From the NCBI GenBank assembly GCA_003565625.1, contig PXBD01000008.1, positions 17,568 to 81,567 of the forward strand: a stretch of 64,000 nucleotides of DNA, given 5' to 3'. Source of the DNA: Gammaproteobacteria bacterium. Lineage in GTDB: Bacteria > Pseudomonadota > Gammaproteobacteria > Xanthomonadales > Wenzhouxiangellaceae. Position numbers and translations under genes: made by a program. The notes beneath the pieces are model-generated. The model made no database searches. It saw only the letters and a list, made by a program, of their open reading frames with translations, and was not told the origin of the DNA. Position 1 is the stretch's first letter; every line of letters starts with the position of its first letter. This document shows, in pieces, positions 37,801 through 47,022 of this stretch.

Positions 37801-38240
37801 GTCCCATGCCGGCGACCGAGATTCGGCCATGGATCGAGGCCCGGACAATGCCGGCGGCATGGGGTGCCATCCCTGCGCTTGGGGCGGGCGGGCGGCTGTT
37901 GCTTTTCGCCGAGGCCGAGCTGCGTGCGCGCCAGCGCTGGCTGGAGCAGATGCTTGACCAGGCTGAAGACCAACCAGCGCAAGCCGGGTTGACGGACAAG
38001 CGCTCCACGCTGGACGCCTGGTTGGCCGCACAGCCGACCTCGCCCCACCATGGCGCGCTCGAGGCTGCCCGGAATATGCTCGACAATCTTGAACGCCAGA
38101 TGCTGGAATGTTGTCGGGGTCAACGCAATCGGCAAGCCCGGGCGGCCATGGCCAAGTGGTTGGAATGCGCGCAGGAACTGCTGCAGCGGTTCCGGCAGCT
38201 GCGCACCGGGCCGAATCCATCCGGTTGGTCGGCAGCATGA
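34833..38240 (+). CDS. PAS-GAF-PAS-PAS-GGDEF-EAL c-di-GMP enzyme
   Basis: VHPED PAS motifs, GAF (HEWC...GFVGFD), DSLTGLPNR, GGDEF, EALIRW, DDFGTGFSSL, AEGVE. Confidence 0.93.
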   Translation: MSESRTSVLSSASGSALLADADSRYSALADNGQAILFEIARNGRYTFISANVEAITGHPAEALIGRSFRGFVHPEDVSRVLLRVRAAVVEDAGELPILEYRAIHADGSIHWHRSVMVPLREANGRVRAVAGSALDITDLKQTEAELRQESALTGLLVRLATAYINLPSSEFEAAIQSSLRDLGEFVGADRSHVFEYDFQSRTARNTHEWCADGIQAQIKDLQAVGLEELKEITHPHRRGQPFCIAEVASHPGAALREVLLAQDIRSLVTVPLMMDGECSGFVGFDYVRSTHPSSKSEIRLLSVFAQMLGNMRLRQQVERQLASEQQRLRDIIAGTGAGTWEWDLESDRLQFNRRWAEMLGLDSAEALPQSSAEWFGSVHPEDAQTALAQLAEHLKGERPQLESEIRVRHADGRWLWILIRGRVAQRASDGRAHLLSGIMIDIHQRKQSEARLRTAASVFTHSGEGILVTDAEARIVQVNDAFTRITGYAREEVLGSNPSVLSSGRQDASFYRAMWHEIAETGSWTGEIWNRRRNGSEYAQRLTISTVRDGQGQPIQYVGLFADVTAQKNYERELERMAHFDSLTGLPNRILLGDRLSQAMSLARRNGERITVAYIDLDDFKIVNDHHGHQAGDQVLRQVARRFAGALRETDTVARPGGDEFVAILTGLSSDLQVRRLLQRLLDEVNRPIRLEQGTIEVGLSIGVTFYPQAGQPEADQLLRQADQAMLEAKRKGRNEVCYYDAELEQAARRRFEQQLRLRQALEGDEFTLFYQPQVALESGAVTGVEALIRWQHPHQGLLPPGAFLPLIQDPGLAADLGQWVLQRALRDLAHWHREGLSFEVAVNVSAAELLGGDFPDRLRAHLEACPDVPPERLLLEVVETSMLEDVARTNEVTRACHHHGVNFALDDFGTGFSSLSHLKHLPLKQLKIDRSFVSDMMADPDDLAIVEAVINLGRAFGLEVLAEGVEDQEHVTALRQLGCGLAQGYLIARPMPATEIRPWIEARTMPAAWGAIPALGAGGRLLLFAEAELRARQRWLEQMLDQAEDQPAQAGLTDKRSTLDAWLAAQPTSPHHGALEAARNMLDNLERQMLECCRGQRNRQARAAMAKWLECAQELLQRFRQLRTGPNPSGWSAA

Positions 38241-39349
38241 AAAACTCTGACTGGATCCAGGTACCTGGTGAGCCAAACGGGCGCTGGCGGCTTTGCGGGG
38301 ACTGGCGCCTGCCCAGCGTTACCTTGCTGCGGCAGGTGCTGGAGGCGGGGCCGGATCGCCCGCAAGGTCTGGATGCGACGGCCATCGAGGCGATGGATGC
38401 AGCCGGCGCTTTCGTGCTGTTGCGCTGGACCCAGCGCTGCGGACTGGATGCCGATGAGATCGAACTGCGCGACGAGCATCGGCGGTTGCTCGAAACCGTC
38501 CGCCGCGGTCTGGAAATGGAAGAACCGCCGGAGCCGCCGGCTGAGAGCCTGTGGCGTTCAGCCCTGGGCGGTCTCGGGCGTTCGGTTCTCGCCCTGCAAG
38601 CAAATTCTGCCCGTCTGCTCGGCTTTCTGGGGCTGGTTCTGACGACCTTGCTGACCAGCATGGGGCGCCCGCGGCAGTGGCGGGTCACGGCGACGGTGCA
38701 TCATATGCAGCAAAGCGGCCTGGCGGCCCTGCCGCTGGTCAGCCTGCTGAGCTTTCTGGTGGGTGCCGTGGTCGCTTTTCTTGGCGCGACCGTGCTGCGC
38801 GATTTCGGTGCCGAGTTGTTCGTGGTGGACCTCACGACCTACGCCTTTCTGCGCGAGTTCGGGGTGCTGCTGACGGCCATTCTGCTGGCCGGTCGCACGG
38901 CCAGCGCGTTTACCGCCCAGATCGGCACCATGAAGAGCCGTGAGGAAATCGACGCTATCCGAACCCTGGGCCAGGACCCGATCGTGCTGCTGGTTCTGCC
39001 CCGCCTGCTGGCCTTGCTGATCATGCTGCCGCTGCTTTCCGTGGTGGCGACGCTGGCCGGTCTGCTCGGCGGCCTGGCCGTGGCCGTATGGAGTCTCGGC
39101 ATTCCGCTGGAGTTGTACATCAGCCGGGTTCAGGAAACCGCGAAGCTTAGCCATTATCTGACCGGACTGGTCAAGGCACCCGTCTTTGCGATGGTCATTG
39201 CCCTGGTCGGTTGCCTGGAAGGCTTCAAGGTGGCCGGGACCGCCCAGTCGGTGGGGGAACGAACGACTTCGGCCGTGGTCCAGAGCATCTCCCTGGTGAT
39301 CATCATCGATGCCCTGGCGGCGGTTTTTTTCATGGAGATGGGCTGGTGA
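38237..39349 (+). CDS. MlaE-family ABC permease with N-terminal STAS-like domain
   Basis: LREFGVLLTAILLAGRTASAFTAQIGTMK..EEIDA, VGERTTSAVV; ATG 38237 overlaps the upstream TGA. Confidence 0.9.
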   Translation: MKNSDWIQVPGEPNGRWRLCGDWRLPSVTLLRQVLEAGPDRPQGLDATAIEAMDAAGAFVLLRWTQRCGLDADEIELRDEHRRLLETVRRGLEMEEPPEPPAESLWRSALGGLGRSVLALQANSARLLGFLGLVLTTLLTSMGRPRQWRVTATVHHMQQSGLAALPLVSLLSFLVGAVVAFLGATVLRDFGAELFVVDLTTYAFLREFGVLLTAILLAGRTASAFTAQIGTMKSREEIDAIRTLGQDPIVLLVLPRLLALLIMLPLLSVVATLAGLLGGLAVAVWSLGIPLELYISRVQETAKLSHYLTGLVKAPVFAMVIALVGCLEGFKVAGTAQSVGERTTSAVVQSISLVIIIDALAAVFFMEMGW

Positions 39350-39356
39350 TATTGCC

Positions 39357-40133
39357 GTGAGTGATGCAGTCATCCGCATTCGCGAGTTGAAAAACCAGTT
39401 CGCCGACCAGGTTGTGCACGAAGGCCTTGACCTCGACGTGCGCCGCGGCGAGATCCTGGGCGTGGTGGGCGGCTCCGGCACCGGCAAGTCGGTCTTGATG
39501 CGCGCCATCCTGGGCCTGCGTCCGCCCCAGGGCGGGTCGATCGAGGTGCTGGGCGAGTCGGTGACCAGCCGCTCCGAGCCGCTGGCCGTGCGCCGCCGGA
39601 CCGGCGTGTTGTTCCAGGATGGCGCGCTGTTTTCCTCGCTGACAGTGCTGGAAAACGTGGAGGTGCCGCTCAAGGAGCATTTCCCGGGTCTGCCGGGTGA
39701 TCTGCGGCGTGAGCTCGCGCGCATGCGCATTCGTCTGGTCGGCTTGCCGTCCGGTACGGGAAGCAAGCTGCCTTCGGAATTGTCCGGCGGTATGCGCAAG
39801 CGCGCCGGCCTGGCCCGGGCACTGGCCCTGGATCCGGAGTTGTTGTTTCTGGACGAGCCGACCGCCGGACTGGATCCGGTGGGCGCTGCTGCCTTTGATG
39901 AGCTGCTGCGAACCCTGCAGCGCGCACTCGGGTTGACGGTATTCCTGATCACCCACGATCTTGATACGCTGTACGCCATCTGTGACCGGATTGCGGTGCT
40001 GGGCCAGCGGCGTATCCTGGTGATCGGAGAGCGCTCGGAAGTCGAGGCTTTCGACGACGACTGGGTACGGGATTATTTTCATGGGCCACGCGCCCGGGCG
40101 GCACAGGCCGCGCAAGGCCGAGGAGGCAGTTGA
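39357..40133 (+). CDS. MlaF-family ABC ATP-binding protein
   Basis: GGSGTGKS, LSGGMRKR, LFLDEPTAGLDP, ITHD; probable GTG 39357. Confidence 0.92.
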   Translation: MSDAVIRIRELKNQFADQVVHEGLDLDVRRGEILGVVGGSGTGKSVLMRAILGLRPPQGGSIEVLGESVTSRSEPLAVRRRTGVLFQDGALFSSLTVLENVEVPLKEHFPGLPGDLRRELARMRIRLVGLPSGTGSKLPSELSGGMRKRAGLARALALDPELLFLDEPTAGLDPVGAAAFDELLRTLQRALGLTVFLITHDLDTLYAICDRIAVLGQRRILVIGERSEVEAFDDDWVRDYFHGPRARAAQAAQGRGGS

Positions 40134-41098
40134 TGGAGACCAGGGCCAATCATGTGCTGATCGGGGCGGTGACCCTGCTGGGCATTGCGCTGGCCGTAGT
40201 GCTCGGCCTGTGGTCGGCCAGCTACCGGGCAGATGCCGCCTGGCAGGAGTTCGAAATTCATTTCTCGCAGGCGGTGACCGGGCTGGCCGTAGGCAGTCTG
40301 GTGCAATACAACGGCATCAACATGGGGAGCGTGCGCGATCTGTATCTGGATCCGGAAGATCCGGCTAAAGTCATCGCTGCCGTGCGGGTGGAGGCGGCTG
40401 CCCCGGTGCGTGAAGACACCACGGCCCGACTGACGATCAACGGCCTGACCGGCGTGTCCTTCATTCAGTTGCGCGGCGGCAGTCCCGAGACGCCGGCCCT
40501 GGCCAGTGATGATGGCCGACCGCCCGTGATCGTGGCCGAGGAGTCGCCGCTGCAGCGTCTGATTGACCAGTCCGAGGATATTGTCAGCACAGCCAGCGAA
40601 GTCCTGTTGCGCCTGCTCGATTTTCTGAGCGAGGAAAACGCCGGCAGGGTTGCCGATACCCTGGACAACATCGATGCCTTCACCGTGGCCATGAGTGCTG
40701 AAAAAGATCTGATCGGCCAAATCCTGCGCAACGTGAACGAGGGCAGCGAGCGCGCCGGTCAAGTCGCCGATGAGCTTGCCTTGACCCTGGCGGAGCTGCG
40801 CGGACTGGTCGGCAGCGTAGACGGCCAGGTCGAAGAGTTGCTGCCGCGGCTGGCCACGGACCTGCAGCTGAGTCTGGAACGGTTTGCTTCGGTCGCCGAG
40901 CGCGTTGATCGCATGCTGGCCGACAATGAACAGGCGGTGGCGGAGTTCAGTAATGAGGCCCTGACCCAGATGGGCCCTGCGGTGGAAGAATTGCGCCAGC
41001 TCATTCGCGAGCTGGGCCGCGCTGGCAGTCGCTTCGAGCGTCATCCGACTCGTTTTCTGCTGGGTGGAGACCAACCTGAGGAATATCGTCCCCGATGA
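40133..41098 (+). CDS. MlaD/MCE-domain protein
   Basis: METRANHVLIG, VTGLAVGSLVQYNGINMGSV, long helical C-terminal region. Confidence 0.9.
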   Translation: METRANHVLIGAVTLLGIALAVVLGLWSASYRADAAWQEFEIHFSQAVTGLAVGSLVQYNGINMGSVRDLYLDPEDPAKVIAAVRVEAAAPVREDTTARLTINGLTGVSFIQLRGGSPETPALASDDGRPPVIVAEESPLQRLIDQSEDIVSTASEVLLRLLDFLSEENAGRVADTLDNIDAFTVAMSAEKDLIGQILRNVNEGSERAGQVADELALTLAELRGLVGSVDGQVEELLPRLATDLQLSLERFASVAERVDRMLADNEQAVAEFSNEALTQMGPAVEELRQLIRELGRAGSRFERHPTRFLLGGDQPEEYRPR

Positions 41099-41781
41099 TC
41101 ATGCCCGCCTCTGTGTACCCGCTTGTGCCGCGCCTGGCAGTCGCCCTGGCCGTGTTGTTGCTGCTTTCGGCTTGCGGCCTGGGCCGCCCCCTCTCACCGG
41201 TAAGCATTATCGCCCCGGAAATCGAACTTCGTCCTGACCCGAACTGGGAGGCGGTCGACTGGGCGCTGCAGGTTCGCCGCCCAGCGGCGGATCGGATGCG
41301 GGATTCGGATCGTATCCTGGTGCGCACCGGTGCTTCGCGCCTGCAGCCATATCCGGCTGCATCGTGGCTGGACAACGTGCCCGACATGCTCCAGGCGCTG
41401 ACCATTCAGGCGCTGGAGGATTCGGGCCAGCTGCTCGGTGTTGGCCGGGCCGGGGGGCTGCGCTCGCGTTTTGCCATGGCCACGGAAATCCGGCGCTTCG
41501 AGGGCGTGGACGACGGTCGTGCTGACCTGGCCGTCCATCTGGTCATTCAGGCAAACCTGGTCGACCAGCGCTCCGGCGCGGTTGCGGCGTCGCGCACGTT
41601 TTCCGTGGTCGAACCAACGTCCGGGAGCGGTCTGGACGAACTGGTTTCGGCCTTCGAGCGCGCCCTGCAGGATTATTTCTTCGAGTTGACCGGCTGGATT
41701 CTTGTCGAAGGCGAGCAGGCCCGGGCGCAGGCGGCGCAGCAGCGGCAGTCCTGGCGTGAGCGTCGCGGTCAGCGCGACTAA
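41095..41781 (+). CDS. ABC-type transport auxiliary lipoprotein (PqiC-like)
   Basis: Lipobox LSAC; last gene of the MCE operon. Confidence 0.82.
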   Translation: MIMPASVYPLVPRLAVALAVLLLLSACGLGRPLSPVSIIAPEIELRPDPNWEAVDWALQVRRPAADRMRDSDRILVRTGASRLQPYPAASWLDNVPDMLQALTIQALEDSGQLLGVGRAGGLRSRFAMATEIRRFEGVDDGRADLAVHLVIQANLVDQRSGAVAASRTFSVVEPTSGSGLDELVSAFERALQDYFFELTGWILVEGEQARAQAAQQRQSWRERRGQRD

Positions 41782-41844
41782 TGGCGGCTGAATGAGCACT
41801 GCCAGATATTTTCGACAAGGGCAGCGCCCGGCCATGTTTTCGGC

Positions 41845-43401
41845 ATGAATCCGCCACCTGACGGATCCGGTCTGGGTCAGCGCTTCGGCGCCTTCGTCGA
41901 GCGTGCCGGTCGCAAAATTCCCGATCCGGTGATTATCTTCATGGCCTTCTATCCGATCGCCTTCCTGGCGACCGTGATCCTGGGTGGCCACCAGTTTGAA
42001 TCCATGGGCGCCGGCGGCGAGCCGGTGACCTACGAGATTCTTCCCATGTGGCAGGCCGAGCACGTGCGCTGGATCTTTGACAACGCGCTGTTGCAGAACT
42101 GGCTGGCGTTCGGCAACGGCGTGCTGGGCGTGATCCTGGTGGTCATGCTGGCCATCGGCGTGGCCGAAAACTCCGGCCTGTTCGGTGCCCTGATCAAGCG
42201 CGCCGGCGCCTGGATTCCGCAGTCCTTGCTGCCGCTGCTTTTGATGTTCCTCGGCATCATGAGCTCGATTGCCACCGATGCCGGTTACCTGGTGCTGATC
42301 CCGCTGGCCGGGCTTCTGTATGCCGGCCTGGGGCGCAATCCGCTGATCGGCATGGCGGTGGCGTTCGCCGGGGTCTCGGCCGGGTTTTCCGCCAACCTGA
42401 TGCCGGGCACGCCGATCGACGTGATCATCGGCATGAACGCGCAGGTGTTTGCCGAGGCCCAGGGCGTGCCGTTTGCCACCGCCGACGGCAGCGCGCTGCG
42501 CCCGGCGACGATGAATTATTTCTTCATCCTGACCTCGACTTTCGTCCTGACCCTGACCGGATTTCTGGTGACCCGGCGTTTCGTTGAGCCGAAACTGGAG
42601 GGACAGGACTTCGAGGTGCCGGCCGACATCAATCCCGGCGAGTTCCAGGTCAGTTCTGCCGAGCAGCGTGGCCTGCGCTTTGCCGGCCTGGGGGTGCTGG
42701 TTTCCGTGCTGGTGATCAGCGGTCTGATCTTCGGCCCGCTGGCCCCGTATGAAACCGAAGCCGGGGCCGCGGTCGAGCCCTACATGGACAATATCATCCT
42801 GCTGATCTCGCTGTTTTTCGTGATCACGGGATTGTTTTACGGGATCGCGGCGGGGACATTCTCGTCGGTCATGGACGTGGTCCGGGCCATGGTCAAGCAG
42901 ATGAACGCCATGGGCTACATCCTGGTCCTGACCTTTTTCTGCTACAACTTCCTCGGCCTTCTGAGCTACAGCGGGCTGGGATCGTGGATCACGTATCTCG
43001 GCGCGCAGAGCCTGCTCGCCCTGGGGCTGCAGCAGTTTCCGGTGCTGTTGCTGATCGGTTTTGTCTTCACTACGGCCGTCATCAATATCTTCATCGGCGG
43101 CTTGACGTCGAAGTGGATGTTGCTCGGGCCGATCTTCATCCCCATGCTCTACTTCGTCAATCCGGCCATGACGCCGGATCTGGTCGCCGCGGCGTTCCGG
43201 GTAGCCGATTCGTCGACCAACATCATCACCCCGATGATGACCTATGCCGGCGTGATCCTGGCCTTCATGCGCAAGTACCGCCCGAACATGGGCTTTGGCG
43301 ACATGTTGCTGATCATGCTGCCGTACTCGATCGCGTTCATGCTGGTCTGGACTGCACTGCTGGTGGCTTTTTTCGTGCTGGGCATCCCGCTGGGTTTCTG
43401 A
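41845..43401 (+). CDS. AbgT family transporter
   Basis: VERAGRKIPDP, GVSAGFSAN, FRVADSSTNIITP. Confidence 0.9.
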   Translation: MNPPPDGSGLGQRFGAFVERAGRKIPDPVIIFMAFYPIAFLATVILGGHQFESMGAGGEPVTYEILPMWQAEHVRWIFDNALLQNWLAFGNGVLGVILVVMLAIGVAENSGLFGALIKRAGAWIPQSLLPLLLMFLGIMSSIATDAGYLVLIPLAGLLYAGLGRNPLIGMAVAFAGVSAGFSANLMPGTPIDVIIGMNAQVFAEAQGVPFATADGSALRPATMNYFFILTSTFVLTLTGFLVTRRFVEPKLEGQDFEVPADINPGEFQVSSAEQRGLRFAGLGVLVSVLVISGLIFGPLAPYETEAGAAVEPYMDNIILLISLFFVITGLFYGIAAGTFSSVMDVVRAMVKQMNAMGYILVLTFFCYNFLGLLSYSGLGSWITYLGAQSLLALGLQQFPVLLLIGFVFTTAVINIFIGGLTSKWMLLGPIFIPMLYFVNPAMTPDLVAAAFRVADSSTNIITPMMTYAGVILAFMRKYRPNMGFGDMLLIMLPYSIAFMLVWTALLVAFFVLGIPLGF

Positions 43402-43440
43402 GGTATTGGTGGCTTACCAGGTGCGCAAGGCGATGTCAGT

Positions 43441-44820
43441 TTGAAGGTGATTCGGTCAAGCCTGATCAGGGCCGCGGTTCTGGTCGGGGTCTCCGGCCTG
43501 GCCCACGCCGGCGAGCGCATGAGCTTCGCCGATGCCATGGCGCGGCTGGAGTCCAGCAGTCATGTGCTCGAGGCGGCCCGCTTCGAGCTCGCCCAGGCGC
43601 GGGCGGAACTGGATCAGGCCCGCGGCCGGCGTCTGCCGACGGTCAATCTGGAGGGGCGCGTAACGCGCCTCGACAGCCCGCTGGATGTGGGTGTGGCCGA
43701 GTTGTTGCCGAGCCTGGGTGGCCTCCTGCCGCCGGGCCTGGGGCCGATCCGCTACGAAATCCAGTCCGAGCAGTTCTACAATCTCGCCGTGCAGGCTCGC
43801 CTGCCGCTGTATACCGGCGGCAGAATCAGCGCCGGCATCAGCGCCGGACAAGCCGGGGCCGAGGCTGGCGAAGCGGCGCTGGCGGCGACCCGCGCCCAGC
43901 TGCACGAACTGCTGGTCCAAAGGTACTTCGGTCTTGTCCTGGCCGAGCAGGCAGCCGAGGTGCGGGCGGCCACGGTCGACGGTCTGAGCCGCCACCTGGA
44001 AGACGCCACGCGCCTGGAAGAAGAAGGCCTGATCGCCCGTGCCGAGCGCTTGCGCGCCAACGTGGCCCTGGCCGAGGCCGAGCGCGAGCTCCAGTCGGCA
44101 CAAGAACGCAGCGTCCTGGCTGGTGCCGCGCTGGCGGCGTTGCTGGCGGTCTCCGATGCGCCCCGGCCCAGCACCCCGATTCCGCCGGCACCGGCCTCGC
44201 CGGCGCTGGCCGGATTGATCGAACAGGCCCAGCGGGCCAACCCGACCCTGGCTGAACTGCGCAGCCGCCAGGTCCAGGCAGATGCCGCTGTGCAGGCCGA
44301 GCGCGGCAGCTTCCTGCCCACCCTGGGCGTGTTCGGCCAGCGTGAACTGTACACCGGCGATCTGACCCTGCTCGACCCCGACTGGGCCGTGGGACTGGTC
44401 GCGGAATGGACCCTGTTTGACGGCTTCCAGCGCCGCGCGAAGGTCGACCAGGCAGCGGCCCGTTCCGACCGGGTTGCGGCCCTGCGCGCCGATGCCGAAC
44501 GCCAGATCGAGCTGCTGGTTCGTCAGCAGCATGAACAGCTGGTCACGGCGCTGGCCCGGCTCGACTCGTTCTCGGCCACGCGCGAACTGGCCGAGGAAAG
44601 CCTGCGCGTGCAGCAGCGCGCATTCGAAGAAGGGCTGGCCTCGTCGCTGGACGTCATCGACGCCGAGCTGGCCTTGTCGCGCGTGCGGCTGGGTGAACTC
44701 GACGCCCGGCTCCAGGCCTGGCGGGCGCTGGCGGGCCTGTATGCCGCCAGCGGCCAGAGCGCGCTGCTGCCGGAGCGCATCGAGGCCCGGTTGTCGGTTG
44801 CCAGCACCTTAGCGGATTGA
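43441..44820 (+). CDS. TolC-family outer-membrane efflux protein
   Basis: Signal peptide, two OEP repeats (LPLYTGG, WTLFDG), SSLDVIDAE. Confidence 0.88.
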   Translation: MKVIRSSLIRAAVLVGVSGLAHAGERMSFADAMARLESSSHVLEAARFELAQARAELDQARGRRLPTVNLEGRVTRLDSPLDVGVAELLPSLGGLLPPGLGPIRYEIQSEQFYNLAVQARLPLYTGGRISAGISAGQAGAEAGEAALAATRAQLHELLVQRYFGLVLAEQAAEVRAATVDGLSRHLEDATRLEEEGLIARAERLRANVALAEAERELQSAQERSVLAGAALAALLAVSDAPRPSTPIPPAPASPALAGLIEQAQRANPTLAELRSRQVQADAAVQAERGSFLPTLGVFGQRELYTGDLTLLDPDWAVGLVAEWTLFDGFQRRAKVDQAAARSDRVAALRADAERQIELLVRQQHEQLVTALARLDSFSATRELAEESLRVQQRAFEEGLASSLDVIDAELALSRVRLGELDARLQAWRALAGLYAASGQSALLPERIEARLSVASTLAD

Positions 44821-44826
44821 TTGCCT

Positions 44827-45837
44827 ATGTCGACACGAATCTCCAAGCGCCGTCTCGCCCTGCGAGTTGCCCTGATTGTTCTGTTGATCGTGCTGATAGT
44901 CCTCGCCGTGTGGGCCTGTCGCCACCTCACTCAGCCCGAACCGGTCTGGATCCAGGGCCAGATCGAGACCACCGAGGTGCGCGTGGCGGCCAAGGTCGGC
45001 GGACGGGTCGAGTCGCTGCTGGTCGAGCGCGGGCAGCGGGTCGAAGCCGGCCAGTTGCTGATTGTCCTGGATCTGCCCGAGGCCCGGGCCAGGGCCCGCC
45101 AGGTTGACGCCCAGGTCGAAGCCGCCCAGGCTATGGCCGACAAGGCCGAAACCGGCGCGCGCGGAGAGCAGATTCGCGCCGCCCGGGCCCAGTGGCGGGC
45201 AGCCGAGGAGCAGGCCGAGCTGGCCCGGGTAACCGCCGATCGCATTGAACGTTTGTATGCCGACAGCGTGGTGCCGGCGCAAAGACGCGACGAGATCGCC
45301 GCCCGGGCCGCGGCTGCGCGTGCCCAGGCCGATGCCGCCCGCGAGGCCTACGAGATGGCCCGCGATGCGACCCGGCCCGAGGAGCGGCGCGCCGCCCTGG
45401 CCCAGCTGTCGCAGGCCGAAGGCGGGCGCGAGGAGATCCAGGTGGCACTGGACGAAGCCGAACAACGTGCCCCGGTGGATGGCGAGATCAGCGTGACCGT
45501 GGTTGAGCCCGGCGAGGTTGTCGGCCCGGGTTCGCCGCTGGTTGTCATCAGTCGCAGCGATGATCCCTGGCTGACCCTGAACCTGCGCGAGGATCTGCTC
45601 AGCGGCATCCGCATGGGCGGCGAGTTGCCGGGACGAGTGCCGGCCCTGGGTCAGCGCGAAGTGACCTTTCGGGTCGACTACATGGCTCCGCTGGCGGATT
45701 TCGCGACCTGGCGCTCGGCGCGCGATCTGGGCGGATTCGATCTGCGCACCTTCGAGGTTCGGGCGCGTCCGGTCGAGCCGGTGGAAGGACTGCGCTCCGG
45801 CATGACGGTGCTGATTGATGAACGCCGCTTGCAGTAG
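44827..45837 (+). CDS. HlyD-family periplasmic adaptor
   Basis: N-terminal TM, lipoyl halves (VERGQRVEAGQLL, RAPVDG), long coiled coil, DLRTFEVRARP. Confidence 0.9.
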   Translation: MSTRISKRRLALRVALIVLLIVLIVLAVWACRHLTQPEPVWIQGQIETTEVRVAAKVGGRVESLLVERGQRVEAGQLLIVLDLPEARARARQVDAQVEAAQAMADKAETGARGEQIRAARAQWRAAEEQAELARVTADRIERLYADSVVPAQRRDEIAARAAAARAQADAAREAYEMARDATRPEERRAALAQLSQAEGGREEIQVALDEAEQRAPVDGEISVTVVEPGEVVGPGSPLVVISRSDDPWLTLNLREDLLSGIRMGGELPGRVPALGQREVTFRVDYMAPLADFATWRSARDLGGFDLRTFEVRARPVEPVEGLRSGMTVLIDERRLQ

Positions 45838-45897
45838 GGGATTCGGCTCAGGGCGTGTCGGGCAAAAAAGCGAAGCCGCCAGCACCGGCCTGAGGTC

Positions 45898-47022
45898 ATG
45901 ATGCGATTGGTTCTGGGTCGCGAATGGCGTCGTTTTTGCGCGACTCCGCGCCTCTGGCTGCTGGTGGTACTGGTGCCTGTGCTGCTGCCGACGGTACTGG
46001 TTGCGGTGTTTCTCGAGCGAGCGCCCACCGATTTGCCGGTCGCAGTCCTCGACTACGACCAGTCCCATCTCTCGCGGCAGATCAGCCGCACGCTGGATGC
46101 AACCCCGGGGATCAGCGTGGTGCGTTTTCCGGCGGACCTGCAGGCGGCCGGGGCGGCGGTTCGGCGCGGCGAGGTGTTCGCCGTGGTGGCCCTGCCGCCG
46201 GACCTGCATCGCGACGTGCTGCGCGGCCAGGCACCGCGCGTCCAGCTGTTTTACAACCGCCAGATGCTGACCGCCGGCAACGTGGTGATGCGGGAGGTAC
46301 GAACGGCGATCGCCACGGTGGGTGCCGGCATCGGGATCAGGCAGGGCGTGTTTCCGCCGGTGCGCACGGAAAACCATCCCTTGTTCAATCCGGGGCTGGA
46401 TTTTGCCCGATTTCTGGCGCTGCCCCTGATCGCCACTTTGCTGCACATCCTGATCGTGGTCGTGACCATCGACGTGACCGGCAGGGAGCTGCGCGAGGGC
46501 ACGGCCGGTGGCTGGCTGAATGCGGCCGATCGGCGACTGGGGCCGGCCCTGCTGGGCAAGCTGTTGCCGTACTTTGCCTGGTTCTCGCTGGCCGGAGCGG
46601 GGGTGCTGGCGCTCAGTGTTCAATTGCTCGGGCTCGAGGTCCGCGGCAGCGCGCTGTTGTGGCTGGGCGGCTGGGTCGTTTTCACCGCCGCGTGCATGGG
46701 CCTGGGCGTGTTTCTGACCGGGCTGTTCGGCAACCTGCGCATGGCCACCAGCGTTGCCAGCGTGATCATCAGCCCGGCGTTTGCCTACTCCGGCATGACC
46801 TTCCCGACGACCGCCATGGAGGGATTTGCGAGTTTCTGGTCGACCGTGCTGCCGCTGGGACACTACCTGAACCTGCAGGCCGGGCAGCTGGCGATGGGTA
46901 GCCCGGTTTCAGCCAGTCTGATCCACCTGTATTGGCTGATCCCGTTTATCGGGCTGCCGCTACTGGTGACCAGGCGCTGGCGCCAACTGCTGGCCGATCC
47001 GGTCCACTGGGGCGCACGTTGA
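45898..47022 (+). CDS. ABC-2 type permease (YbhS/YhhJ-like)
   Basis: LPVAVLDYDQSHLSR, FNPGLDF, YSGMTFP. Confidence 0.87.
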   Translation: MMRLVLGREWRRFCATPRLWLLVVLVPVLLPTVLVAVFLERAPTDLPVAVLDYDQSHLSRQISRTLDATPGISVVRFPADLQAAGAAVRRGEVFAVVALPPDLHRDVLRGQAPRVQLFYNRQMLTAGNVVMREVRTAIATVGAGIGIRQGVFPPVRTENHPLFNPGLDFARFLALPLIATLLHILIVVVTIDVTGRELREGTAGGWLNAADRRLGPALLGKLLPYFAWFSLAGAGVLALSVQLLGLEVRGSALLWLGGWVVFTAACMGLGVFLTGLFGNLRMATSVASVIISPAFAYSGMTFPTTAMEGFASFWSTVLPLGHYLNLQAGQLAMGSPVSASLIHLYWLIPFIGLPLLVTRRWRQLLADPVHWGAR

